A DNA stretch of 32,000 nucleotides, taken from contig NC_014537.1 of assembly GCF_000148385.1 (NCBI RefSeq), positions 1,950,001-1,982,000 on the forward strand, in the 5' to 3' direction. Source of the stretch: Vulcanisaeta distributa DSM 14429. GTDB taxonomy: Archaea > Thermoproteota > Thermoprotei > Thermoproteales > Thermocladiaceae. Shown piece after piece: positions 1 through 9,548 of this stretch. Positions within the stretch are counted from its first letter, which is position 1, and every line of letters starts with the position of its first letter. The notes beneath the pieces are model-generated. The model did not search any database, had not been told where the DNA came from, and saw nothing but the letters and a program-made list of their open reading frames with translations. Position numbers and translations under genes: made by a program.

Positions 1-129
1 TCACCTTATAAACTTTATTCTATATGATGTTCGTAAAATAAGATATCTTTATTAATATATTATCAATATTATAGAATAAAATTCTAGAAAGAACAATAGA
101 ACAGTTCTTATATATTTACAGGAATCCAC

Positions 130-1029
130 TCATTTAGTTGAGTTAGTAATTATGAATACCATATTGTAGGATTTAATAACTGTACTTACTCCATTAATAT
201 ATTCACCTGTCCAATAACCCGCGTGCATCCACTGTAAATTACTCGGTGCGGCCCATGAGTTTCCTTTTAATAGCCATAACGACAATGTTGCATTTAAATA
301 GTCAAACTGAACACCCTGATAATTACTTATGCCTACCAGCGTCACGTCAGCAAGCCCGAATCTTTTCATATAAACCTTTATCGTAGAAATTTCAGTATTA
401 TTAAAGTAAAGAGTTAATGTTTCATTGCTTGGTAAATAAATTATGGTTAATGTGCCACACATTGGATAGCGCAGCTCCTGCCTTACACTAACTTCATTAC
501 ATGTTATCGTTCCATTGAACTTTAACACACACCATAGAGGCTCTACTACATTCTCATTGTTATAAGAGGTGATGAGAAGTACATCTTGCACCCAATACCA
601 ACTTCCATTCATCGCCTTAAGCCAAGCATTTAACTGTATACTATAACCGGGTATTAAGGCTAAGCCTTTGCTTTTATGATCATTGTAATTATTTGTTATG
701 GGGGATAACGGAATTCCCAAGGCTGGCTCGGCCTTATAAACACAAAAGTATGCCTTAATACCCGTATAATTTGTACCACGCGGTATTATCACCCCAACCC
801 CAGGATTCGTTGGGTTAGTTTTATTGATTGCGATCCACGTAATTGATCCATTAATATATTCTACAATACATAAACCACTTTGGCAATAATACTGAATTAA
901 GCTGAAGTTATTAATATATTTAATGAAATTAATGTTGTTTCTTAAATACGCTACAAGCAAATTAGGGCCTATGAATAGCACGATGAATATCAAAGCTAAT
1001 CCTAAAATTAATAATAGTGAGGACTGCAT
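130..1029 (-). CDS. Membrane-anchored extracellular glycoprotein, function unknown (tentative thermopsin-like resemblance)
   Basis: 299-aa ORF. N-terminal hydrophobic anchor LLLILGLALIFIVLFIGP. Nine or more N-x-S/T sequons (NGS, NKT, NYT, NGT, NET, NNT, NAT, NST). The segment GYSIQLNAWL...WYWVQDVLLI recalls the thermopsin/peptidase A5 family, from memory only. Confidence 0.5.
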   Translation of the reverse strand: MQSSLLLILGLALIFIVLFIGPNLLVAYLRNNINFIKYINNFSLIQYYCQSGLCIVEYINGSITWIAINKTNPTNPGVGVIIPRGTNYTGIKAYFCVYKAEPALGIPLSPITNNYNDHKSKGLALIPGYSIQLNAWLKAMNGSWYWVQDVLLITSYNNENVVEPLWCVLKFNGTITCNEVSVRQELRYPMCGTLTIIYLPSNETLTLYFNNTEISTIKVYMKRFGLADVTLVGISNYQGVQFDYLNATLSLWLLKGNSWAAPSNLQWMHAGYWTGEYINGVSTVIKSYNMVFIITNSTK

Positions 1030-1082
1030 TACTAACTATAATATTTAAAAAGTACTATATAAATTTATATTTAGTTTCAGAC

Positions 1083-1505
1083 TCACATACTAATCGATAT
1101 TAATCCAAGCGCTGATAGTATTAATACTATCATTATCAATGATGCGATTAGCGCAAAGTTCGTTTTTCTTCCTGTATACAGCATTATAACGGTCGCGAGA
1201 ATCCCCATTATGGCCGCTATGCCAAAGAGTAAAAATCCAATGTCTTGAAGTATAATTGCGTATGAACTATTCTGTGCATGGGATATTATATTCATTATCC
1301 TAATACCATTCTGCATACATAATTGTATAACATTTGGCGCCTCACCGCTTAACATCCTATTTATTATACAGACCGTGCTTCCGTAATATTTCGTTACTGT
1401 CAATAAAAGACCCATGAAGGCTATTATGACACCCACAATTGCTATCCAAAAGGCAATTTTACCGTAAGTCCTTGACACAGCAGATAATACTTTATCTGAC
1501 GCCAT
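1083..1505 (-). CDS. Small 4-TM membrane protein, possible stand-alone DUF1634-like partner of the adjacent TSUP permease
   Basis: 140-aa ORF with four hydrophobic segments and only a 1-nt gap to the upstream TSUP gene. Pattern-level similarity to the C-terminal extension of the 473-aa TSUP ORF (YGKIAFWIAIVGVIIAFMGLLL vs KYGVFLSIAFLILGLIMLFL; GRKTNFALIASLIMIVLIL vs ERDILYTVLALITFVNLMI). Confidence 0.5.
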   Translation of the reverse strand: MASDKVLSAVSRTYGKIAFWIAIVGVIIAFMGLLLTVTKYYGSTVCIINRMLSGEAPNVIQLCMQNGIRIMNIISHAQNSSYAIILQDIGFLLFGIAAIMGILATVIMLYTGRKTNFALIASLIMIVLILSALGLISISM

Positions 1506-1506
1506 A

Positions 1507-2448
1507 TTACATCACCCCCATTATTACGGGCAGGGCCTGTTGAATAAGCCTGGCACTTGCTAAGAGCATTGCGAGGATTACAAACCACCTAATTACTTTG
1601 GCCCTTAATTTTGGCATTAACCTTGAGCCTATCTGCGCCCCTATCATACAACCAAGGAGACAGGGTATTACGAATATGGGTATCATCGCCCCATTATTTA
1701 TGTAAACCCACATGGCGGCTGTATCACCTATGCCTATCACTACTAAGCTGGTGGCTGTAGCTACCTTAAGTGGTACGTACATTAATAAATTATATACTGG
1801 TACTATAGCCCAACCAGCGCCCAAACCAAACATACCAGAGACGAGGCCAATCCCCATAAAGCATAGTAACCCCCACATGGTGTTTATGACTCTGTATTCT
1901 ACTGTACGGCCTAATGAAATTTCATAATAGCTGGAATTAAGTTCAAATGCATTGGCTAATTTATCATACTTATCTTCCGGCGGTATGGGGTATTCCGTTC
2001 TTCGACCTTTAGTGATCATAAGTATTACAATGAATAGTACCAATACTCCCAGGGCAAGCCTAATTAAGGCCTTGCCAAAGTTACCCATAACCGCGGTAAT
2101 ATGAAGACCAATGAGTGACCCGATAATTGCGAAGATAGTATATGGAAGGGATGAAAAAAGAGCCAAGTTGAAATTAGCAATGCCCTTACCTAAATAGGGT
2201 CTTGCTGACATGAGAGAGCTCATGGTGGCTATTGCGAGACCTGTTGCACGTACTATGTCTGGGTTTATGGTTGTGAATGCCATCATTATTGGTGTAAAAA
2301 GAACGCCACCACCAACACCGGCCAGTGCCGCAACAAATCCTATTAATATGCATATTAAAAAGATTATTATCAAAAATATAATTGGAGAATTAAATAATAC
2401 AAATATATTACCTAATGAACCGCCAATCACATCTATGTATATGGACAT
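1507..2448 (-). CDS. TSUP (TauE/SafE, DUF81) family anion permease
   Basis: 313-aa polytopic ORF. Two glycine-rich repeats typical of TauE/SafE (AGVGGGVLFTPIM in the N-half, GLGAGWAIVPV in the C-half) are separated by a polar central loop. Confidence 0.8.
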   Translation of the reverse strand: MSIYIDVIGGSLGNIFVLFNSPIIFLIIIFLICILIGFVAALAGVGGGVLFTPIMMAFTTINPDIVRATGLAIATMSSLMSARPYLGKGIANFNLALFSSLPYTIFAIIGSLIGLHITAVMGNFGKALIRLALGVLVLFIVILMITKGRRTEYPIPPEDKYDKLANAFELNSSYYEISLGRTVEYRVINTMWGLLCFMGIGLVSGMFGLGAGWAIVPVYNLLMYVPLKVATATSLVVIGIGDTAAMWVYINNGAMIPIFVIPCLLGCMIGAQIGSRLMPKLRAKVIRWFVILAMLLASARLIQQALPVIMGVM

Positions 2449-2620
2449 GGTCGTAATTCTAATTGTTTAGATGTTAATAAACTTTGTTCTCCAGATTTCC
2501 TTAAAATAAAAATAATTTATTAATTACTATAAAATAATAATTAAATAATTTCATAAAATAGAATTCATAATTAATTAATATTATTCAGCAATATTATCAT
2601 CACATATATACTGCTCATTT

Positions 2621-3610
2621 CTAGTCAGTTATATGCTTTCTCATGATTATCAATATTACCAGCGCTATTATTAATACTGAGAATGCTATTATATGCCTAA
2701 TCATCATTGGTACAATAAGGATGTGGCCTCTATTTAGTCCTGAAAGTAACATTCTAACTGAAAGGTAGGAGAACACCGAGAGTAATACGATTTTTATTGA
2801 CGATGAGCGCACGCGAGGTAGTAAGTACGATGCTAAATATGCGCCTGGTGCTATGCCGAGTACGGATGCCATGGCTAGGTACGGCTGTATATATCCAAAG
2901 GCCCAGTAGAGCGATCCACTGGTCGCCGCTGTTACACCTACTATTAGATTGCTTGTTGCCGTGGCCACCTTTAGCGGTAAACCAATTACGTTATATAGTG
3001 CAAGTATGTTTATGGGGCCGCCACCTATGCCCAATAGGCCTGACATTAATCCTCCAAAGAACATTATAGGTATTGACTTGATGAAGTCTCCTCTATAAAT
3101 TGTATAGTTAACATATGTTTTGAGGGTAGCATCAAAGAAGGCGTCGTTTAATATTACGTGGTCAATGTCTCCTTGTCCTGTAAGTATTGGAGTAATTGTG
3201 TATTTTTCCTTTCTTTTTAATGAAAGTACCATTGTTAAGATCATGATGAAGCTGAATACTAGGTACAATATCCAGTTAAATCCTCTGCTTATTAAGTGAT
3301 AGGCCATTAATGATCCTACAATAGCGCCAAAGGTTGCTATTGGGCATAGAAACAGCATCACCTTAATGTTAGGGAGTTTCATGTTTAGATACCTATACCC
3401 ACTCATTAAGGATGTTGCCAATGCAGACACAAGGCTAATACCAGCGGCATACTGTATTGGCAAATTCTCAAATATTGACGTTAATAATGGCGTTAATACG
3501 ACGGCACCACCAAGACCCAAAAGACCCCCTATTAAACCAGCCACAAAACCACATACTAGGATTATTAGGAACGTTATTACGAATTCTGTTATGAATAGCA
3601 TGTACGTCAC
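2621..3610 (-). CDS. TSUP (TauE/SafE, DUF81) family anion permease
   Basis: 329-aa polytopic ORF with GLGGAVVLTPLL and GIGGGPINILAL repeats. Start is GTG 3610 (overlapping the upstream TGA as GTGA) or ATG 3601. Likely co-transcribed with the 473-aa TSUP gene. Confidence 0.8.
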   Translation of the reverse strand: MTYMLFITEFVITFLIILVCGFVAGLIGGLLGLGGAVVLTPLLTSIFENLPIQYAAGISLVSALATSLMSGYRYLNMKLPNIKVMLFLCPIATFGAIVGSLMAYHLISRGFNWILYLVFSFIMILTMVLSLKRKEKYTITPILTGQGDIDHVILNDAFFDATLKTYVNYTIYRGDFIKSIPIMFFGGLMSGLLGIGGGPINILALYNVIGLPLKVATATSNLIVGVTAATSGSLYWAFGYIQPYLAMASVLGIAPGAYLASYLLPRVRSSSIKIVLLSVFSYLSVRMLLSGLNRGHILIVPMMIRHIIAFSVLIIALVILIIMRKHITD

Positions 3611-5028
3611 CTATGCAGTATGAAGATGGGTAATACGAATATGGCTATCATTAAATTCACGAAGGTTATTAAAGCCAGTACCGTATATAGGATGTCCCTT
3701 TCCAGTAAGAACCTCACTAGGTTCAGCAGAACCATTGCTATAGGAATGGCTATCAAGATCATCAACCCAAACATCATTAAACTTAATCCACCCAGCCTTA
3801 GTACGCCATCAAGTACGTACATCACGGTAATCTCGCGTGTATTTACTGCACTTGAAGGATCCAGAATCTTATTAAGCGATATATGAAGACCGACACTTCC
3901 ACCATGTAGGAAAAGCATTATTAAGCCTAATATCAGGAATGCTATGCTTAGGAATACTCCGTACTTAAGTAAATTACTTATTATATTTGTGAATTTTTGT
4001 TCAATTGCGCTTGGGCTTTCAGGTCGGGCTTGGTATATGGCTACTGACGTATCCTGGGTTCCCCCATACTTATGTGTGAATATGATATAGAGAGAAATTA
4101 TTATTACCGATGCGAATATTGCCGCTATGATGGTTCTCTCAAGCGATGTTATTGGTAGTATGCCCTCCCTACCGAGGCCCCTAAGGACCATCCTAAAGCC
4201 CAGGTAAGCCAGTATCGCGACGAAGACCCACCTAACCTGCCTATTAGTCACGTACATGAGCATCCTAGTGCCAATCCTCGAGCCAAGCAATACGCCAATT
4301 GCCGTGCATGCGGCGATGAATGGGCTTATGTAACCAAAGAACCAGTAAAGCGAGCCGCTTGTCGCCGCTGTTACCCCTATCATGAAGTTGCTTGTTGTTG
4401 TGCTTACCTTCATGGGTAGGTTCATTCCCCAGTCCATGGCTAGGACCTTGAGCGCACCACTACCAATACCCAACAAACCACTAATAAAACCAGCAAAAAA
4501 CATAATCAACCAACCAAGCCACCAACGAACACCCCAGTACCTGTACCAAATCTTCAGCGCCGGGTCGTAACACACACCATAGAGTCTAAACACCCTCGTT
4601 GTCCAGTCAGGATTCCTCGGCGGCGGTAACTCACAGGTACTTCTTTGCATCGTGGGAACTATCGACGCTAGGAGTACCAAACCAAATACTATGTATATTA
4701 TCCAGGTGAGGTGATTTGCATATATGTAATTTGCCATTAGCGAGCCTATTATCGCGCCCGTTGTCGTTGCCGTTACTAAGCTAATGCCAATCCTATCATT
4801 GGCTAATCTCTTCTTAACGTAAACACTGGCTGAGCCGGCTGATGTGGATATTGTGGATATTAATGCTGAACCTGTGGCGTATATTATCGGTACGCTCAGA
4901 AATAATGTTAGTACCGGCGTTAGAACAACACCACCACCAAGCCCAGCCAGGGCACCGAGTAAACCAGCCACAATGCCAGCTAATATAAACTCCAGCATCC
5001 TGAATAAATCAAATACGAGGCTCATCAT
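3607..5028 (-). CDS. TSUP (TauE/SafE) permease fused to a C-terminal DUF1634-like membrane domain
   Basis: 473-aa ORF. The N-terminal ~300 aa carry GLGGGVVLTPVL and GIGSGALKVLAM repeats. The extra ~130-aa C-terminal module has 3-4 TM segments and RFLLERDILYTVLAL, which matches my recollection of DUF1634, a family usually encoded next to TauE genes. Confidence 0.75.
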   Translation of the reverse strand: MMSLVFDLFRMLEFILAGIVAGLLGALAGLGGGVVLTPVLTLFLSVPIIYATGSALISTISTSAGSASVYVKKRLANDRIGISLVTATTTGAIIGSLMANYIYANHLTWIIYIVFGLVLLASIVPTMQRSTCELPPPRNPDWTTRVFRLYGVCYDPALKIWYRYWGVRWWLGWLIMFFAGFISGLLGIGSGALKVLAMDWGMNLPMKVSTTTSNFMIGVTAATSGSLYWFFGYISPFIAACTAIGVLLGSRIGTRMLMYVTNRQVRWVFVAILAYLGFRMVLRGLGREGILPITSLERTIIAAIFASVIIISLYIIFTHKYGGTQDTSVAIYQARPESPSAIEQKFTNIISNLLKYGVFLSIAFLILGLIMLFLHGGSVGLHISLNKILDPSSAVNTREITVMYVLDGVLRLGGLSLMMFGLMILIAIPIAMVLLNLVRFLLERDILYTVLALITFVNLMIAIFVLPIFILHR

Positions 5029-5231
5029 CAGTCAAAAACTTGACTTTACGATATATAAATATTATTACACAACCTTGTACGTTAAACGGGAAATAATTTA
5101 ATAATTGTCCTGAAAATTATTGAATAATTTAATAATAATTGAATGTATTGATTAATAAATATTCATAAATAATTAGTAATTAAGAGAATTGAATATAAAT
5201 ATGAACAGCTATTTTTAGTTCTATGTAATGT

Positions 5232-5990
5232 ATTTAGATCATTACCTGGAGATGCCAAATCTTCCAAGCATTGGTTTTGCCCTATCATTAATTGCGAAAT
5301 TACTGAATAGGCAGTAGAGCGTTATTGCCGTGAATTCCTGCCAGGTTATTGATGTAATAAACGTTCTCATGGCCCAGGTAATTCCGTCAATGCTATGAGT
5401 GCAACCACGATCATATCAATTACGGACGCTATTGTCAGCCATTTACCCGGTCTTGAAGCCTAGAATGGATTCCCTCTAACGATGAATGGTGTAAGTATGC
5501 CCATGTACATCATTACCGTGAAGTGATAAGTATGTGGCACATGTATATTGTTTACGTGGAAGTAATTCAGGGCTAAGAACAATAAGCTAAACATCCTGAC
5601 AACCGTGAATACCTTAAGCCCAACGCAGAGCTTCACGAGCTTAGTCACATCCCACCTCTGGTGTTGGTGACCCCTTGGCATTGTCTGTGGATAGGGCTAT
5701 CGTGACGAAGCCCACTAGAAACAGGAAGGGGTTATGTCGAGGGTCAAGACCGCATATGTTGTGTTAAAATAATGCTGATATTAGGAACGCCAGGGCCGTG
5801 AATACGGCTATCTCAAAGGTCTTAGTAACCTTATTCAATATTTACGTAACGTGGATATACCAATCCTAACAAGCTACGCAATGCCCACCAGACTCTTCAC
5901 AGTTGGCACAAAAGTCTCGCCCATCACGCCAGCTACCTACTTAGTTGTCTGAGGGCTCTTAATGCTGAAATACTTATCCTTTAGGTAAAC
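5232..5990 (-). pseudogene. Decayed remnant of a membrane-protein gene (multiple frameshifts and stops)
   Basis: Hand translation of the minus strand gives consecutive hydrophobic fragments in different frames. They are NKVTKTFEIAVFTALAFLISALF*, HNICGLDPRHNPFLFLVGFVTIALS, the 73-aa ORF 5460-5681, ASRPGKWLTIASVIDMIVVALIALTELPGP* and MRTFITSITWQEFTAITLYCLF... No intact ORF covers the ~760 nt, although its composition looks coding-like. Confidence 0.3.
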
Positions 5991-6003
5991 CTCGGCAAAT
6001 GTA

Positions 6004-6759
6004 TCAACTTAACCTGACTATCGTATTAACTAACCACACATCCTTAAGGAGACCCAGGTAGTAATAATCCACATTAGCCTCAATCACCACTAAATATTCA
6101 CCTGTAGACAATCTCCTGAGTACCTCATTGACTACAAAGTACTGGGTGTATGATGGTCTCCTTGATTCATTATTAAGAACCCAACTTCTCAGTCCATCGT
6201 AGAAATCGGTAATTACCGCAACCACGTGTTTTGATAATTCATTCAGCGCCTTATCAACCTCCTTATCATCCCTGAATTCATCCCTGAATAACTTAATCAC
6301 GGCACTATTGTTCATCACCTCATCGTACGCCCAAGCGACGTGGTCAAGCACATGCCTACACACGAAGTAATTATTGAAGAACCTTAATGTCCTTATCACT
6401 AAATTAATGTAATTAATAATCAATTGCTCCTTATTCCTAACCTTACCCACCCTCCTGCCAAGGGTTAATGGGCCGCCCTCATGCGTATTTAGGTAATCCT
6501 TTATGCGCGTTACTGAGGGGCCTATCAGTGCCAGGTCAATTATGTACGCACTAGGAATTATTACGCCTCTCTCTATCTTAATTAACTGATCCGTTGGGAC
6601 CAGGTGTATCTTAACGAAAACATCAGCCTTCTCTCTAATCAATGAGTTAGGTTCAAATAGCCTAACCTTAGTTATTGCATTCTCAATAATACTATTTACT
6701 ACGCTGGCATCACCCACAATAATACATATGTAAAGTTCTTTATTAATGCTATTCCACAA
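6004..6759 (-). CDS. Hypothetical protein, intact member of a tandem paralog pair
   Basis: 251-aa ORF with no domain I recognise. Homologous along its whole length to the split ORFs 7079-7417 plus 6790-7110 (for example KADVFVKIHLVP vs NAELFIKAHIVP; NYFVCRHVLDHVAWAYDEVMNNSAVIKLF vs EYLICGDVLNYLIWAYDKITNNNFINKLI). Confidence 0.6.
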   Translation of the reverse strand: MWNSINKELYICIIVGDASVVNSIIENAITKVRLFEPNSLIREKADVFVKIHLVPTDQLIKIERGVIIPSAYIIDLALIGPSVTRIKDYLNTHEGGPLTLGRRVGKVRNKEQLIINYINLVIRTLRFFNNYFVCRHVLDHVAWAYDEVMNNSAVIKLFRDEFRDDKEVDKALNELSKHVVAVITDFYDGLRSWVLNNESRRPSYTQYFVVNEVLRRLSTGEYLVVIEANVDYYYLGLLKDVWLVNTIVRLS

Positions 6760-6789
6760 TTTACGTGAAGCATAAGGTAATGGGTCGAG

Positions 6790-7417
6790 CTAGTATAGGC
6801 CTACATAAGTACAGTCGTCACTTACCCTCAATAATATGAGTATTAAGTTATTAATATCTCTAAGGATTTCTTCAGGTATATTATGATTTACATACATTTG
6901 ATTTCCCATTGAATAATTAAGTAAGTTGCAGGCAACTAAATTAAATAATTCATTTAATACCTTTATAACGGCTCTTTCCTTAATTCCATGATTAATCAAT
7001 TTATTAATAAAGTTATTATTAGTTATCTTATCGTAGGCCCATATTAAGTAATTAAGTACATCGCCACAAATGAGGTATTCACAAAACATCATTAATAGCC
7101 TTAAACTCATGATTAAAGTAGGTACTTAGTAATGTTAGGTGTTCTTTCCTTACCCGTAATTTACATGGTTTACCATCACTTAATATCAGCAATGCCCCCT
7201 TAATGATTAATTTACCTTCGGTATTAATCTTAATTTTAATGGCGTTATTATTAAAATCAACAAATGCATTAATTGGTACTATATGAGCCTTAATAAATAA
7301 TTCAGCATTCTCTTTAACCCTGCTATTTAGACTATACACCTTAACCAGGTCTATGGCGTCCTTAACAAGTTCATTAAGTTCATTGGGCAGATTAAGATCT
7401 ATGCATTGTTTAACCAT
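6790..7417 (-). pseudogene. Frameshifted paralog of ORF 6004-6759 (two overlapping ORFs of 112 aa and 106 aa)
   Basis: ORF 7079-7417 aligns to the N-terminal half and ORF 6790-7110 to the C-terminal half of the 251-aa neighbour. The two overlap at 7079-7110 in different frames. The join maps to STYFNHEF / IMSLRLLMMF against INYINLVIRTLRFF in the intact copy. Confidence 0.55.
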
Positions 7418-7501
7418 TATTGTTTAGTCTCATAATTGCGAGATTTAAAATTAATTCCACGTGAAATAAGCATTTTTAATTTGACCATTGAGAAACCCTA
7501 G

Positions 7502-8173
7502 ATGATACCTGGAATTAGTATTGACATTGTACATTTAATGATTCTAAAATTAATACTTCATGCCATTCATGATAATATGAAAGATGCTGCGCCAAACCCA
7601 TTATGGTTGTCGTTAGCTGGGCACATTAGTAAGGCCACATTTTACAGGAAGGTCTCTGAGCTGGAGACTATGGGATTACTTGAGAGGATCAGTAGGAATA
7701 AGTACTTAATAAGCGTTAGCGGTTACTTAACGCTTCTTTTTGCGTATTTCATGCATATTGGCGACATAGACCAGGATACCGCCCAAGCTGCGATTAACGC
7801 CATTAGGGGTAATTGGGGTTTAGTGGGATTTAGTGATTATGAGATTGAGAGTTACGTAAAGTTGCTCTACCTGAGCAGTAAGGGGAGACTTAGTAGTGAG
7901 TTAGTGGCGCTTTATCAGGAGTATCCCAGGAACGTTTTCTTCATATTACCCGGCGATCTTAAGATGGTAACTGTGAATTCATTATATAAGGAGTTGGTTA
8001 ATGAGTATGGGGATCCGAATATTGTTAATAATGCTAGGAGGGTTATTGCCAAGGCATTGATTGAGTACTTCCCCACCACGGTCATAAATGGATGTAGGGC
8101 TGTGACATTCATGAGCAATGGCGAAGCTAAGGTATTAGCTATGCAGTGTAATAACGATTTCATACTTAATTAA
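7502..8173 (+). CDS. Winged-helix DNA-binding protein, divergent member of the regulator family found at 10241-11035 and 16995-17801
   Basis: 223-aa ORF. HTH-like segment ISKATFYRKVSELETMGLLERI, followed by YLISVSGYLTLLFAYF, which parallels YEVTVKGLLTCLAYKC and YVSTVKGLLVCLALNC in the other two. It lacks their CxxCxxxC cluster. Confidence 0.55.
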   Translation: MIPGISIDIVHLMILKLILHAIHDNMKDAAPNPLWLSLAGHISKATFYRKVSELETMGLLERISRNKYLISVSGYLTLLFAYFMHIGDIDQDTAQAAINAIRGNWGLVGFSDYEIESYVKLLYLSSKGRLSSELVALYQEYPRNVFFILPGDLKMVTVNSLYKELVNEYGDPNIVNNARRVIAKALIEYFPTTVINGCRAVTFMSNGEAKVLAMQCNNDFILN

Positions 8174-9548
8174 GTCTGTCGTTTAGCAATCTTCTAATGA
8201 TCTTACCAATCACATCATATGTGTCTGGATGAATGTGAAGGTAATGAGCATATGCATTGTTTATTTGGAACCCATCAAATCCGTTTACTCCTGCACCCCT
8301 TTCATACTTAATGGTGAAGTCGTAATTTCCATGCAGAACTAATGAGGAGTAATGGAATTCATGGCCCATTATTACAGTACCAACATCACCGATAATGGAG
8401 TTCCTGATTACCCTGGCCCTTGCGTAGCCGTACCAGACGGGCCTTTTATGCATTATCGTTATAGCGTCTATGGCACCCACCATTTCATACTCCTCATTAT
8501 TGTAGACTATCGAGTTCGTCAGGTACATTAAACCACCGCACTCAGCATATAGGTACTTCCCTGAATCTATGAATCTACGCACATCAGCCCTAAGCGCCCT
8601 ATTCCTCTCAAGGTATTCCCCATAAACCTCGGGGAAACCACCACCAATTAGCAATAAGTCTATATCGCCAAGTCCCTGATCAACCTCTGGGTCGATAAAC
8701 TTAATATTACTCGTGAAGGACTGTATCCGCTCTATCGTCTCTGGATAATAGAACGTGAACGCCCTCCCACCCAGTATGCCCACCCTCAATTCACTACTAA
8801 CAACCTTAAATGACTCAGGACCTACGTTATCCCTCACATCAAGAGGCTCTGAGTATTCCTTAGCCACCTTAATGACCTTATTAACATCTATGAAACTCGA
8901 CGCCTCATTAAATACGTTAATCAGGCGCTGCTTATTGATCTCCTCAGCATGTATCAAACCCAGGTGCCTGTACTGCATTATATCCTCAAGGTCATCACTC
9001 CTTGGTATATAACCAAGGAATTCCAAGCCCTCACTCTCCACAGCAATCCTCAACTTATCAACCTGTCTCTGCGTAGTATTAGTAATTATGGCACCCACGA
9101 TCTTCACCTCACGATCAAAATCCCTCAACCCCCTAATTATTGCCCTCACGGTCCTATTAATCCTCTCCCCATTAATGACTAGTACGACTGGTGCCCTGAG
9201 CAACTTAGCTATTTGGGCGGTGCTACCCGCCTCACTTATACCGTCAACACTGTCGTAAAGCCCCGAGACACCCTCAATAATTGCGATGTCAGAATTCAGG
9301 GAATACCTATAGAACCTTGTTACTACCTTATCACCCATCAGCATGTAGTCCAGGTTCCTACTCGGTGCATTCACAATTACTGAGTGGTAACTCGGATCTA
9401 TATAGTCAGGGCCAACCTTAAATAGGGATACCCTAAACCCCGCCTTAATTAAAGCGTAAGCCAGCGCCAGTGTTACTGTGGTCTTACCATTCTTACCCTT
9501 ATACGAAGACACAACGAGCCTAGGCACTGTCGTCTCCATACCTATCAC
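8166..9548 (-). CDS. cbiA: Cobyrinic acid a,c-diamide synthase family amidotransferase (CbiA/CobB); a DsrN-like siroheme amidase candidate in this context
   Basis: 460-aa ORF. N-terminal P-loop-like region SSYKGKNGKTTVTLALAYALIKAGFRVSLFKVGPDYIDPSYH, and a C-terminal glutamine-amidotransferase-like half with YAECGGLMYL and GHEFHYS. It overlaps the end of the upstream tetrapyrrole methylase gene. A likely start is at METTV (9539). Confidence 0.85.
   Translation of the reverse strand: MIGMETTVPRLVVSSYKGKNGKTTVTLALAYALIKAGFRVSLFKVGPDYIDPSYHSVIVNAPSRNLDYMLMGDKVVTRFYRYSLNSDIAIIEGVSGLYDSVDGISEAGSTAQIAKLLRAPVVLVINGERINRTVRAIIRGLRDFDREVKIVGAIITNTTQRQVDKLRIAVESEGLEFLGYIPRSDDLEDIMQYRHLGLIHAEEINKQRLINVFNEASSFIDVNKVIKVAKEYSEPLDVRDNVGPESFKVVSSELRVGILGGRAFTFYYPETIERIQSFTSNIKFIDPEVDQGLGDIDLLLIGGGFPEVYGEYLERNRALRADVRRFIDSGKYLYAECGGLMYLTNSIVYNNEEYEMVGAIDAITIMHKRPVWYGYARARVIRNSIIGDVGTVIMGHEFHYSSLVLHGNYDFTIKYERGAGVNGFDGFQINNAYAHYLHIHPDTYDVIGKIIRRLLNDRLN

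Noticed and set aside
98-108. Palindrome AGAACAGTTCT downstream of ORF 130-1029 (possible terminator hairpin)
   Set aside because: The stem is 5 bp with a 1-nt loop, which is sterically implausible as a hairpin. Nearby T-tracts explain termination more simply.
1712-5101. Plus-strand ORFs (62-90 aa) scattered through the three TSUP genes
   Set aside because: Their P/T/A/K-rich translations mirror the Gly-rich TSUP motifs on the other strand, which makes them antisense artefacts.
5100-5230. Recurrent ATTGAAT words in an AT-rich spacer (considered as a repeat array, origin-like element or CRISPR leader)
   Set aside because: The copies are irregularly spaced and short in very AT-rich DNA, with no unit structure and no adjacent repeats or spacers.
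5460-5681. 73-aa ORF as a stand-alone gene
   Set aside because: It is flanked on the same strand by similar hydrophobic fragments in other frames. It is better explained as part of a decayed gene than as a functional small protein.
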